Origin: a virus
Virus record (IMG/VR): IMGVR_UViG_3300028920_000002
Location: 122,724 to 186,723 of that record
Strand: one strand, 5' to 3'
DNA length: 64,000 nt
Part shown: positions 25,290 to 35,860 of the stretch, one piece after another
Numbering within the stretch: position 1 is the stretch's first letter
Layout of the letters: every line of letters begins with the position of its first letter
Notes under the pieces: generated by a model
Databases searched by the model: none
The model's input: only the letters and a program-made list of their open reading frames with translations
What the model was told of the DNA's origin: nothing
Translations under genes and position numbers: made by a program

Positions 25290-28200
25290 TGGCAGTCAGA
25301 GACGTAGAAGCCTTCGTCCGTCAGCGCGCCGTCATCTACGACGGTAATCTGGATGTCACCCCAGGAGCGCCCTTCGACGTTCAAGTCATCCAGCCTCTGG
25401 TTCGTCGGTTGGGCCCAGACCCGTTCACCGTAGACCTGTCCACGTTCATCAATGCTCGGATGGCTCAGGCATACCCGGAGCTCGCCAGCAAAGACGGCGA
25501 CACTATCACCGACTTGCTCAACAAGCCGGCCACGCTGCTCTGGGACCCGATTGTTCGGGAGAATACACGCGTAGCTCGCAACGCGTCTTTCGCCGACCCC
25601 AGCACACTGACTGATGAAGAAGCCGATGCGCTCGGCGCCAACTTCTTCTCTATCCGTCGTCGTGGCGCCCTATCGAGGGGCTTGGCCCGCATTCTGTTCG
25701 CCCAGCCGCAGAACGTTGCGGTGAGCCCGGTGAACTTCTTCACCTCTCGAGGCGGTCTGCACTTCTTCCCTCAGGAGACACAGAGCATTCGTACGGAGGA
25801 GATGCTCCTCAACGTGACAGAGGGAGGTCTCTACTACTTCGACGTCAACGCGGTCGCCGAGTCACCTGGCATCTCGTACAACATCGCCAAAGACAACCTC
25901 ATCTCGGTGGCCAACGTGCCCTCGGCGGTGCAGGTGACCAATCCCCGTCGGTTCCGGTCTGGTGAGGTGGAGGAGACCGGACGGGAGTTCATCGAGCGTA
26001 TTCGCCAAGAGATTGGCGAGCGCTCGTTGGTCACGCTTCGAGGCATCGCTGCCAAGACCGTGGATGCCTTCCCAGAGGTGAATCGCCTCAACGTAGTGGG
26101 CTTCAACGACGCTGAGATGCAGCGCGACATCATCGTGGGTGGCGGCCTCGGCTCCATCCAGGCTGCTGGTAATCAGGGCGTCATCATCTCCGACGGTACG
26201 GGAGCTGCGTTCAGCAGCTACTTCAACACCACCGAGGAGGACTTCTCTGCTCTCATCGGTAGCGTGGGCGCCACTTCCGGTTGGGTGCTCACTGTGTTCG
26301 ACGCCCTCACGGGGTTGGATGTGGTCAAGGACCTCAGTGTGGTGCGCGTGGTGAGTGCAGATACCATCGAGGTTGACGGCCAGGAATTGGTCATTGGTAC
26401 CAGCAGCGTACGCTGGACGCTACGACGACGTGAGCTGACGCTCAGCCACATCCCAGGCGGAATTCTGTTCCCCGAGGGGCTCGGTGAGACCACGGTGACG
26501 GTGCCAGACGACACCATTCACGTGGGCGGCTGCTACGACCTATACACACGTGGCTCGGACTTCGAGGAGTCGACTACGGTGTTCGAGTCGGTCGTCGATG
26601 ACCTGCCAATTCTCAGTGGTACGCAAGCGTCCAACCCGGCCATCATCTCGCAGTTCATCCTCTTCGGTCTGCGCCAGGGAGTCGACTACGAAATTGGAGA
26701 CGCCACCTACACGGCTCTGCAGAATGCCGCCCGCTTCAACTACTCCTTTCAGATGCAGGCCGGTCCCACCGCTGGGACGTACCGAATCATCGATGTGGAC
26801 TTCGGTGCACCTGGTAGCGCAGTCGAGCTGACAGTCGACCCAACACCTCCGGTGCTGAGTGGTCTACTGCAACGTTGGCGTTTGTTCGATGAGCTCAACA
26901 TCGACCTTCTCGAGCCGAAGGAGACTCGATACTCAGGCAGCGATTTGCAGACGGTGTTGGGCAGCGACATCGTAGAGACTGATTCTGGGGTGGACTTCGA
27001 CGAGTATGGCGTGGCGGAAGGTGACGTCCTGCGCGTTGATGTCGGCGAGGACGCCGGCGACTACACGGTTGTGGCCGCCCCGCTCCCACCCACCAACAGC
27101 CGCCTACAACTCGACCGTCCTATGACTCGTACGGCCTCGGGGCTGTCGTTCAGCGTCTTCCGTTCTGGTGTTGGGGAGATTGTCCCTCCGTTCGTGCGCA
27201 TCAAACAGATTGAGCTGCTCGACTCATCCTCGCAGCCTCTCGGCTCCATCGTTCCCTACGCCAAGCCAGTGGATGTACAGAGCCGCGCTTTCCAGAACCC
27301 AGCTCGTGGAGTGGACCACGAGTTTGGCGACGCTCGTCTGGGATTGGTCAGCGCTGAACTCACGAGCGTCACCATTGGAGCGGGCAACAACGGCCTCAAG
27401 TTCCTCATCGATGGCGCTGCGGTCAACATCACGCTAACCAATGGGACGTACGACCTGGATGGCATCGTCGCTGAGCTCAACACGCAGCTGTCTTCCTACT
27501 ACCCGGAGATGGCGTTGGTCATCTCGGGCAGCCGGTTCGGTATCCGGCCCGTTGGGGAGAGCGGCTATGTGGTTCTGGTGGATGGTTCTGCCCGAACCGA
27601 CTTGTTCGGAGATACTGAAGTACGCACCACCGGGGATGTTCGCTCAAGCGACGCTTCTAGTGAGGGTGGTTGGGGAAGCCTTGAGCCGGCTATCGACACC
27701 GTCAGTGGTTTGGACGTGATTCAGGTCCTCGATGGGTACAACATCGGCTTCTACTCCGCCCCGTTCGAGTTGGACCTCGACATGTCGAGCGTCTATCCGT
27801 CAACAGCCTCGACTGCTCTCATTGTGGGCACACCTCACCCAACGACGCCGCTGACGTTCGTTCCAGAGAAGACCTTTCAGCCACAGGCCAATCGCAGAGT
27901 GCAGATTGGTACGAGGTCCATCGGCTCGGCGCGCGTCTACTTCTTGGAGCCTACATCCTTCGAGGTCGACCAGGACAGCCGATTCTCTGCGACCAGCGAG
28001 GATGGGGGCACCATCTACTTCTTGCCAGACCCGACGCTGGACCATCAGCGCATCCCTCCGCTGCCAGAGGGAGATAGCCCCACCGACGGAGAGAGTGCCG
28101 CGGGTGGTTCGAGCTTCATCTCGTCCTCGCAGGACTTCACGACCGCCGGCATTCAGCCAGGGGACAAACTGGTCGTCGAGTACCACCCCATAGAGGGCTC

Positions 28201-29365
28201 GATAGTGCTCACCAACCCGGTATCCGACCTCGTGGGCAAGATACTGACCTTCGCTATCGACGACGGTCCAGACAAGGTACTGACCTTCATCCGTGATGAC
28301 CTGTCCCTGGAGGCAGATGAGGTCTCGCAGCTTGGTGTGGTGAGCCAAATCAACGCCGCCGCCGGTCGTACCATCTGCAGCCTCGTCTCCAGCCGACTTC
28401 GGTTCGAGGGAGACTTTTCCATCATCATCCGCAAGGGCAGCAGTACGATTGTGCACGCCAATCCGTACATCCTTGGGGACGTGCAAGGGACGTCGCCGAC
28501 TCAGAGCTTCTTGACGGATGACCAGAACAACCGGTCTCCTCACGCTGGTACCTACGGTATCTTGGTGGCCAGCGGCTCCAATCTGATAGTGGACGATGCC
28601 TTTATTTCGGCTACGCCATTCACGTCCCCGATTCAGGAGCAGACGTACAAGGTGCTCCGTTCGGGTGTGCAGCGCATAAGCACGACGGAGATGGCAGAGA
28701 ACGAAGCTGAGGCAGACCTGTACTACTTCGACGTAGAGTTGGTGAGTGAAGGCGCTGGTGACTTCTGGAACATTGACGCTCAGCAGCAGCTGACTCCTAC
28801 CGGCTACCGCTCTGACGGCTACTACCTCACCACCGACGATGAGAATCTGACTTTCTCACCTGTCGAGCGCCCGCGGCTGGTGATGTCCAGGAGCATCCTC
28901 GAAGAAGGTGTGGACGACGCTCCCGAGAACGCCACGCAGCTCACTGGGGCCAGCGTGCAGATTACCTATGACCGCTCGAGCCTGGTGACCGATATCCAGA
29001 ACTTCGCAGCCTCTGAGGTAGAGCGAGTCGTGTGCTCCAGCCCACTCAGCAGGCATCTCATTCCACACTTCGTACGCTTCGACCTCGAATACACCGGTGG
29101 CTCGAAAGAAGACGTCGTGGTGCCCGAGCTCGAGAACTACATCACCCGTCTCTACCCGAATGACACGCTCGATGCGAGCGACCTGCAGAAGATTGTCACC
29201 GACCGAGGCGCCAACTATATCAGGAACCCGCTGGACCTCATCGCCGTAGTTCACAACATCGACCGCACCATCTGGGTGCAGCGCTCGCAGGACAACCTCT
29301 CTACTGGGAGACTGAGCGCCTTCATTCCAGACGTGCTCAACGTGCAGAGGAACACGACTGGATGA
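25289..29365 (+). CDS. Baseplate J / gp6-like wedge protein
   Basis: FDVNAVAESPG..YNI..VTNPRRFRSGEVEETGREFIERIRQ pattern; 1358 aa. Confidence 0.75.
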   Translation: MAVRDVEAFVRQRAVIYDGNLDVTPGAPFDVQVIQPLVRRLGPDPFTVDLSTFINARMAQAYPELASKDGDTITDLLNKPATLLWDPIVRENTRVARNASFADPSTLTDEEADALGANFFSIRRRGALSRGLARILFAQPQNVAVSPVNFFTSRGGLHFFPQETQSIRTEEMLLNVTEGGLYYFDVNAVAESPGISYNIAKDNLISVANVPSAVQVTNPRRFRSGEVEETGREFIERIRQEIGERSLVTLRGIAAKTVDAFPEVNRLNVVGFNDAEMQRDIIVGGGLGSIQAAGNQGVIISDGTGAAFSSYFNTTEEDFSALIGSVGATSGWVLTVFDALTGLDVVKDLSVVRVVSADTIEVDGQELVIGTSSVRWTLRRRELTLSHIPGGILFPEGLGETTVTVPDDTIHVGGCYDLYTRGSDFEESTTVFESVVDDLPILSGTQASNPAIISQFILFGLRQGVDYEIGDATYTALQNAARFNYSFQMQAGPTAGTYRIIDVDFGAPGSAVELTVDPTPPVLSGLLQRWRLFDELNIDLLEPKETRYSGSDLQTVLGSDIVETDSGVDFDEYGVAEGDVLRVDVGEDAGDYTVVAAPLPPTNSRLQLDRPMTRTASGLSFSVFRSGVGEIVPPFVRIKQIELLDSSSQPLGSIVPYAKPVDVQSRAFQNPARGVDHEFGDARLGLVSAELTSVTIGAGNNGLKFLIDGAAVNITLTNGTYDLDGIVAELNTQLSSYYPEMALVISGSRFGIRPVGESGYVVLVDGSARTDLFGDTEVRTTGDVRSSDASSEGGWGSLEPAIDTVSGLDVIQVLDGYNIGFYSAPFELDLDMSSVYPSTASTALIVGTPHPTTPLTFVPEKTFQPQANRRVQIGTRSIGSARVYFLEPTSFEVDQDSRFSATSEDGGTIYFLPDPTLDHQRIPPLPEGDSPTDGESAAGGSSFISSSQDFTTAGIQPGDKLVVEYHPIEGSIVLTNPVSDLVGKILTFAIDDGPDKVLTFIRDDLSLEADEVSQLGVVSQINAAAGRTICSLVSSRLRFEGDFSIIIRKGSSTIVHANPYILGDVQGTSPTQSFLTDDQNNRSPHAGTYGILVASGSNLIVDDAFISATPFTSPIQEQTYKVLRSGVQRISTTEMAENEAEADLYYFDVELVSEGAGDFWNIDAQQQLTPTGYRSDGYYLTTDDENLTFSPVERPRLVMSRSILEEGVDDAPENATQLTGASVQITYDRSSLVTDIQNFAASEVERVVCSSPLSRHLIPHFVRFDLEYTGGSKEDVVVPELENYITRLYPNDTLDASDLQKIVTDRGANYIRNPLDLIAVVHNIDRTIWVQRSQDNLSTGRLSAFIPDVLNVQRNTTG

Positions 29366-29367
29366 GT

Positions 29368-29676
29368 TCACTTCAGCTGGGGAGAGACCTCGACGGGAAT
29401 CTTGGCGGGGCTGCCGCTCTCAACGACGAGACCGGTGTGCGGGTCTATGAGGCAGCGACAGCTCTGACAGCGCAGCAGCGCTCGGGGCAAGAGGTCGTCG
29501 GTCTCATGCGCCGTTCGACTGTCGAACTCCTTGTGCATCACCTCTCCACAGCGGGGGCATTTGCTCTTTTGGCGGTAAAATGCCTCTTGGCGATGTGTCT
29601 CACCAACGAGTTCGTCCTCGTAGCCCTCGATGGCCTTGGCGACCAGTCGTGGGTCCATCTCCTTGAAAACGCCCAT
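29368..29676 (-). CDS. Zn-ribbon protein in opposite orientation inside the structural cluster
   Basis: CPRC..CQSC; fills the gap exactly. Confidence 0.7.
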   Translation of the reverse strand: MGVFKEMDPRLVAKAIEGYEDELVGETHRQEAFYRQKSKCPRCGEVMHKEFDSRTAHETDDLLPRALLRCQSCRCLIDPHTGLVVESGSPAKIPVEVSPQLK

Positions 29677-29695
29677 CGAGAACTAGGGTAGCAGA

Positions 29696-32600
29696 ATGGC
29701 GCTCAACGCACTCATCAAATTCGTTCAGGGTTCGAGTGTCGGCAACGGCAAGGCGCTCATCATCAGCGACAGCGCCGACGTGAACATCGGCGTCGTCGAC
29801 AACGACCTCGTAGCGAGCTGGCGCATCGAGCTGTTGTGCGGACCTCCCGGTTCCCCCTCCTACACTCGCCTTCCAGGAGACCCGCTGGTACTTGGCCAGC
29901 AGGCCAATAGCGATACGCCGAGCTACAACTTGACCCCGGACGTTGGTTACCCGGGCTGCTACCGCATCCGCGTCACCACCTACCCGGAAGTCGATTATGG
30001 CGGTGTGCCCAGCGTGGACATCCGCAACGTCTGCGTGCTCACCCCGAATCTGTTCTTCGTGCTACCTCCGTACCAGGAGCTTCCCGAGCCTCTGCCGCTG
30101 GTAGGTGCAGGCGCCCAGCCAGACGAACTCAACTTCGACTCACAGCCCTACGGTTGGATTGGTGACGCCAACGCCAGCCGCAAGTTGCTCAATCGCGCGC
30201 TGCTCGAGATGGATAGCTTCCTCTCTGGAGGAGGGAGCATCGACTGGCAAGACAGCGTACTCGAGCGGAGGAGTGCGCCACCGGTGTCCCCACCGACTGG
30301 CGGCCGGTACATCATCATCGCCACTGCTACAGGTGCGTGGTCTGGACACGAGGACAAGATTGTCGAGTGGAATGGTTCCTCTTGGGAGTTCACGGACCCC
30401 GACATTGGTATGACGACCTACGTTGAGGACGTCAAGAAGCAGTACACCTACAACGGCACGGCGTGGGTGGTGACCGGAACTGGGTCTGGACTGGTGGGTC
30501 CCACGACTCCTGGGCAGGATGACCAGCTCTGCTTTGCCAACGCTGGTGTGCAGGATTACACGGCGGGCATCAAGGTGCTCAACGTTGGCAGCGCAGAAGA
30601 TGGTCTGGAGCTGTCTCGTGTGCAGGCACCTAGTGCAGGCACGCTCACGCTGGCTGTAGCAGCAACAGCTTTCATGCTTTTGGGGTCTACGTCGGTCGCA
30701 AGTCTACCTGCGTCGGATGAGGACCAGCTGGCGTACGACTCCGGTTCCGGGGAGGTGGTGTGGTGGAGACATCCGTGGACGGATGTCACCACACCCAGTT
30801 ACGGCACCGCGTACGGATTGGTCTACGCAAATGCCACGCCGGATGACCTGTCCTACTCCAGCACCATCACCGTTCAGAATGGTGGTGGAGTGTTGGCGTG
30901 GACCGGCACCACCAGCTACGCAAGCAAGCTCAACTTCGGTCCGGGCAGCACAATCATCGGTGCGGAGGACTCGAGCAACAACAACACCTGGCTGTTTCGG
31001 TGGGGGACAGTCACATCTGACGTGCTCACCATCGGCGACGACAACTACGCTGCGGGCGTAGAGTACCGTGTTGGCACAGGGGGTGAGCATGTCTTCTACT
31101 ACATTGGCAGCGAGGCGGTGGCCATCGGGTATGGAGTAGGTGGCTACGTCCGCTTCTCCAAGGCCGAAGGCCGCATCTACATGGATGCGCAGACCGATGA
31201 TGTGACCACTAATGAACTAGGCATCTACGGTCAGTCTGCTGGTTCAGGTTCCGTCGGTGATATCGATGGCGGGGACATCGGTATCTACCTCGGGCAGGGA
31301 GTCAACTCTGGCGATGACGGTGCCGTGGTCTTCTACGACCTCTCTACCGAGTTCTTCCGCATCGACAACCTCGGTTCGCCCCGCCTCGTTTTCCCGTTTG
31401 GGGACTTCCACATCTTCATCCCTGGTCCCAACGTAGACTTTGCTGCGTTCGACTCTGGTACAGGCGTTGCCAGCTTTGGCAACACCACTACCGGCAATAC
31501 CGAAGTCGTTGGTTCGGGTCTCGTCAAGCTATCAACCGGCGGCGGCTCACTGGATTACGTCGGTAGTGGACTGCAGTTCACGTATAGCAGCGGAGTCTTC
31601 ATTAGCGCAGCAGCCCACGCCAGCGCCGCAGGTGACTACATCAGGATTCTGGGGCAGAGTGGCGCTAGCGGCTTTGGCGGAGGTGTTGTTGAGCTGGTTG
31701 GTGGTGCTGGTGTAGGGACAGACCAGCCTGCTGGAGGTGTTGGGCTCTACACAGGTACGCGTACTGGTACGGGAAGCTGGAACACCGTCGCTGCGTACAG
31801 CGGGTTCCCCGGGGCGGATACGCTGCTCGGTGAGTTCGGCAACGATACCAACGGCGAGTACCTAGCGCTGGGTTCGGCTGACCAAGCCGAGGATGGACTT
31901 CTGCGTCTTCCCATCGATGGCGCCATCATGGGCCGAGTCGGAGCTGGCAACACGCGCAACATGATGGTGATGACGTCAGCCTCCGCATTGGTGATAGGCG
32001 ACGTCGCCGGGTATTCACACACCGAAATTCGTACGACGGGTGGTGGTATCCGCATCAAGGATTCCAACACGGGTAGCGGCGACCTCACGTATGGTGAGTT
32101 GGCCTCCAACCGCTTCTCCATGTATGGGGATAATGGTGACGGGGTCATCGCCCAGAATGCTCGAACTACGGATGGGGACGGCTATAACATCGCCATCCAG
32201 GCACAGGATGGCGTAGATGCAGGAGCGGTAGACCGTAGAGGCGGTGGCATCTACGCGAGGACCGGGGCCCCCGCCAACGCTGGTGATGGCGGACCGTTCT
32301 GGGTCGAGATTGGCCAGTCAGGTTCGGATGTCGAGGTCTTCAGGCTAGGGCAGGACACCGTGACCAGTATGGGTTCGGTCGCCGATGGTGACACGCTCAC
32401 CTATGATGACACCAACGGTGAGGCGGTTTGGGTCAGGCACCCGTGGACTGACATCACTGTCCCGTACTCATACCAATCGGCCTACGGCTCATTGGTGTTC
32501 GTCAACGCCTCCTCTGACCCAGACGACCTGGACTATGCGAACCTCGTGTGGGCGACCGATGCGGTCATTGGGTTCTACGCTAGTGTCAGCGGAAACGCTC

Positions 32601-34453
32601 ACGGTCTACGCGGCCAGAACGTCAGCACCCTGTACAACCTGCTGAACTTCGATGCCTCCGGCTTGCGGATGGATATCGGTGGTGACCATCCCAGCGACGT
32701 ATCGAGCACAATCACGTCACTCTACCTGACTGCTTCCACGCTGATACGGCTCATCTCAGAAAGCTACGTTCAGTACGACGCTGACAGTGAGACTGGATAC
32801 CATCTGTTCAATGTGGATGGCGAAGAGATAGTACGCATCAACGATGCTCTGGTGGTCTCCGCTCCAATCGAAATGGGCACGGCTAGCATTGCTGAAGTCA
32901 GCTCGGACCTGGTCTACAACGTAGCTACCAGCCAGGCACATATCTTCAAGGTGAACAGCGTCGAGGTAGCGCGTTTCGACTCTGGTTCCAGCCCACGCTT
33001 GTTGTTTGCTGACATCGGTACCGACGGTGAGCACACCATCATCCAGGTTGATATCGATGGCGACCTAGTCAACGTAGTGATGGCAATCGAGGACGAAGGC
33101 GATAAGAAGTTGGCCTTCGGCAGTGAGGACTACACCTCCTATTTTCTCGGCGCTCGCGTTACCGTTTTTGGTAGCACCGGCTTGGAGATTGGCTCCAACG
33201 ACTCGATGAGTCTGAGCAGTACTGATTTGATGGAACTGAGTTCCGAGTCCGAAATCGACCTGAACTTCGGCAGCGGCTCGGGCTTCGTAATTCAAGAAGA
33301 TTATTCAGGGTTGCTGCGCATAGACGGTCAGGGAACTGGCAGTCTTCCTCATCTGTCATGGAGCAACAGCGCTGTCTACGAGGTGCCTGAAGATAAGGCT
33401 CACATCTTTGAGGTGGACGGTGTCGAGGTGGGTAGGTTCGATGCAGGGGGCAGCAGCCGACTGAAGCTCCCAGCGTATGACGACGTGCTCCAGTTCGGCC
33501 CTGATGCAAGCGCTGCGCCTAGTGGAAACATCCGAGCAGGTACATCATTCTACCTTCGCAACTACTACGGTGGCCATGAGGCGGATGTTCTGGGAGTCGC
33601 TAGCGGGAACATCTCGTTGGGTGACGCTGATTACTCGTCGCTAATTTTCAACTACGCTGGCACCTTCGACATCTACAACGGGGCTACACGACGACTGAGA
33701 ATTAGCAGTACAGGGTACAACTTCGATATCGATACTGGTGACAGCTGGACCTTCGATATCAATGGAAGTCAGGTAGCTGAGCTCAAGGCTTTTGGCTGGT
33801 ATCTTGAAAACGACATGTCCTTCTTCATCCATGACGGTACAAGTTCCTACTTACGCGTCATGAATGTGAACTCCCTGGGATGGGTCCAGATTGGCGTGGC
33901 CACGGCCACCAAGACTTTCGTCTTCGGCACCGAGTTCTGGATTAACTGCGGCGGTGACGTACTCAAGGTTACTACGACCACCTGGGAGTGGCAGCGCCAG
34001 ACAGTAGCTTGGAAGGCAGCGCCAGCAGGCGGAGACCCCATCCTTACCCAGTACCAGAACACCGACGGCAGCCCTGGCGACACCATGCTTATACAAGCTC
34101 AGCAGGGCGGCTCCGGAGGCGTTACCGCTGGTGGTAAGTTGCAGTTGGCGGGGGGTCTCGGGAACAGCGGTGGAGTTACTGGCGCAGTGGAGGTGCTTAG
34201 CGGGACCACAAAGCGCTTTGAGGTTGGGGCTACTGGTATCGCCTTCTTCGCCGGGAACCAGATAGCTCAGCAGTCCATCGTCAAGCTTACGGACAGCACC
34301 GGTGGAAGTACGGACGATACAGTTTCGGATGTCGGAGCTAGTTTCAACCAGGCTACTTTGAACAACAACTTCGCCGAGCTCACTACCAAGTTGAATAGCC
34401 TACTCGACAAGTTGGGCGGTGCTAGCGGCTACAACCTTCTTTCAGTTTCCTGA
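29696..34453 (+). CDS. Long tail-fibre-like protein with DUF2793-like domain and internal repeats
   Basis: WQDSVL..APPVSPPTGGRYII..GAWSGHEDKIVEWNGSSWEF; duplicated RHPWTD and HIF.V..VEV.RFD modules. Confidence 0.75.
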   Translation: MALNALIKFVQGSSVGNGKALIISDSADVNIGVVDNDLVASWRIELLCGPPGSPSYTRLPGDPLVLGQQANSDTPSYNLTPDVGYPGCYRIRVTTYPEVDYGGVPSVDIRNVCVLTPNLFFVLPPYQELPEPLPLVGAGAQPDELNFDSQPYGWIGDANASRKLLNRALLEMDSFLSGGGSIDWQDSVLERRSAPPVSPPTGGRYIIIATATGAWSGHEDKIVEWNGSSWEFTDPDIGMTTYVEDVKKQYTYNGTAWVVTGTGSGLVGPTTPGQDDQLCFANAGVQDYTAGIKVLNVGSAEDGLELSRVQAPSAGTLTLAVAATAFMLLGSTSVASLPASDEDQLAYDSGSGEVVWWRHPWTDVTTPSYGTAYGLVYANATPDDLSYSSTITVQNGGGVLAWTGTTSYASKLNFGPGSTIIGAEDSSNNNTWLFRWGTVTSDVLTIGDDNYAAGVEYRVGTGGEHVFYYIGSEAVAIGYGVGGYVRFSKAEGRIYMDAQTDDVTTNELGIYGQSAGSGSVGDIDGGDIGIYLGQGVNSGDDGAVVFYDLSTEFFRIDNLGSPRLVFPFGDFHIFIPGPNVDFAAFDSGTGVASFGNTTTGNTEVVGSGLVKLSTGGGSLDYVGSGLQFTYSSGVFISAAAHASAAGDYIRILGQSGASGFGGGVVELVGGAGVGTDQPAGGVGLYTGTRTGTGSWNTVAAYSGFPGADTLLGEFGNDTNGEYLALGSADQAEDGLLRLPIDGAIMGRVGAGNTRNMMVMTSASALVIGDVAGYSHTEIRTTGGGIRIKDSNTGSGDLTYGELASNRFSMYGDNGDGVIAQNARTTDGDGYNIAIQAQDGVDAGAVDRRGGGIYARTGAPANAGDGGPFWVEIGQSGSDVEVFRLGQDTVTSMGSVADGDTLTYDDTNGEAVWVRHPWTDITVPYSYQSAYGSLVFVNASSDPDDLDYANLVWATDAVIGFYASVSGNAHGLRGQNVSTLYNLLNFDASGLRMDIGGDHPSDVSSTITSLYLTASTLIRLISESYVQYDADSETGYHLFNVDGEEIVRINDALVVSAPIEMGTASIAEVSSDLVYNVATSQAHIFKVNSVEVARFDSGSSPRLLFADIGTDGEHTIIQVDIDGDLVNVVMAIEDEGDKKLAFGSEDYTSYFLGARVTVFGSTGLEIGSNDSMSLSSTDLMELSSESEIDLNFGSGSGFVIQEDYSGLLRIDGQGTGSLPHLSWSNSAVYEVPEDKAHIFEVDGVEVGRFDAGGSSRLKLPAYDDVLQFGPDASAAPSGNIRAGTSFYLRNYYGGHEADVLGVASGNISLGDADYSSLIFNYAGTFDIYNGATRRLRISSTGYNFDIDTGDSWTFDINGSQVAELKAFGWYLENDMSFFIHDGTSSYLRVMNVNSLGWVQIGVATATKTFVFGTEFWINCGGDVLKVTTTTWEWQRQTVAWKAAPAGGDPILTQYQNTDGSPGDTMLIQAQQGGSGGVTAGGKLQLAGGLGNSGGVTGAVEVLSGTTKRFEVGATGIAFFAGNQIAQQSIVKLTDSTGGSTDDTVSDVGASFNQATLNNNFAELTTKLNSLLDKLGGASGYNLLSVS

Positions 34454-34464
34454 TAGGAGATGAC

Positions 34465-34734
34465 ATGACTGACTATGCACACAAGGACAACAACACCATC
34501 ACTCTCACCCTTGAGGTGACTGACCTCACCATGGACCTCTACCGTGACGTCGAAACGAATGACATCATGGCAAGGATGAACGTGACGGTGTCCATCTCTG
34601 GGGGCTACAAGAAGCGCCTGTCGATGGAGGGCAAGGTTGAAGACTTCATGGACGCTGGGCAGTTCACTACCTGGAAGCAGCTTACGGCTCTCGTCAAGAA
34701 TGGTTTGCTCGCCCAGAAGTTCGATACGGTATGA
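34465..34734 (+). CDS. Small protein after the fibre gene (possible fibre chaperone)
   Basis: Position and size; AGGAG SD. Confidence 0.55.
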   Translation: MTDYAHKDNNTITLTLEVTDLTMDLYRDVETNDIMARMNVTVSISGGYKKRLSMEGKVEDFMDAGQFTTWKQLTALVKNGLLAQKFDTV

Positions 34735-35474
34735 CCCCCAAAGAGGTCTACATCGTCGTCCCTACCTGCCGACCTCGGTTCGTGCAGAACGTGCTGGACA
34801 ACTTCAACCGGCAGCGCTTCTCCGAGCGCAAGCTGGTGGTGGTGGAGAACGGTCCGGCCGTAGGCGCCTACGCCCGCTTTGCTGATGTAATCATTTCCTG
34901 CGCGCAGAATGTTGGAGTGGCTAGAGAGATGGGTGTGGCCGCCGTGAGAGAGCGTGGTGGGTACGTCGTCTTCATGGATGATGATGACTACTACGGTCCT
35001 GACTACATCACCGAAGTGGTCGAATACGCTCGGAGGGGGCAGGTGACCGCAAAGGCCAACTACTTCGTGAACGACACGGTCTCGGGGCAGCTCCGACTAT
35101 TCAAATGGGCTGAGGAGGATTCTTGGGTGGAGTTGGTGCACGGCGCCACTCTGAGCTTCTGGGCTGACGAGGCAGCGGAGTTCCTACCTGTCCGCCGTTG
35201 GGGCGAGGACCTGGACTGGTTGAGCCGGATGAAGAAGGCCGGGAAGAGCGTCTACTCCACCAGCCGGTACAACTACATGTGCGTCCGCTACAGTGCGGGC
35301 CATCGTCACTCCTGGCCCTGCAACAGTCGGACCATGGTCAACTCCTGCAAGGGCCCGGTCTACAACCTTGGGGAGGTCGACCCCTACGTAATAGACGGTC
35401 GCAAACCGTGCCCGGATGGTGTACTTCTCAACGAAGGCCGTGTGGGTCCACAAATGCCAGGAGTACAACCATGA
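34731..35474 (+). CDS. Glycosyltransferase, GT-A fold (GT2-like)
   Basis: IVVPTCRP..LVVVEN..YVVFMDDDDYYGPDY. Confidence 0.85.
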   Translation: MTPKEVYIVVPTCRPRFVQNVLDNFNRQRFSERKLVVVENGPAVGAYARFADVIISCAQNVGVAREMGVAAVRERGGYVVFMDDDDYYGPDYITEVVEYARRGQVTAKANYFVNDTVSGQLRLFKWAEEDSWVELVHGATLSFWADEAAEFLPVRRWGEDLDWLSRMKKAGKSVYSTSRYNYMCVRYSAGHRHSWPCNSRTMVNSCKGPVYNLGEVDPYVIDGRKPCPDGVLLNEGRVGPQMPGVQP

Positions 35475-35857
35475 GTGAGAAGAAGCAGAAGGTTCGTCGC
35501 GTCTTCATTCCCGCCAAGGAGGCTGAGATTCCCCTGCTTGCAGGTAGAGAGGACGGACCTCGGCAGAAGTATCCGTATGCCTACTTCATTGAGTGGGCGT
35601 TGAACACCGGCAAGGCGCTCAACAGCAATGCACAGGGAGCGCGGATGCAGGTTCATATCGACACTGCTTTCCGCAGCCCGCGAGAGAACGGTGAGGGCAA
35701 GTACTTCGACCTCGAGCAGAAGCCACAGCCGCAGTGGCAGGCGCTCAAGGAGGCTGTGGAGAACCCCGGTGAGAAGGGGTACCCCATTCCTGGGCGGTAC
35801 TTGCTCGACTACATCGACTCCATCGCGGAGGCGGAAGAGGTGGAGCTCGAGGAGTAG
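35471..35857 (+). CDS. Hypothetical protein
   Basis: 128 aa from MSEKKQK; overlaps the GT stop. Confidence 0.65.
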   Translation: MSEKKQKVRRVFIPAKEAEIPLLAGREDGPRQKYPYAYFIEWALNTGKALNSNAQGARMQVHIDTAFRSPRENGEGKYFDLEQKPQPQWQALKEAVENPGEKGYPIPGRYLLDYIDSIAEAEEVELEE

Positions 35858-35860
35858 TTC

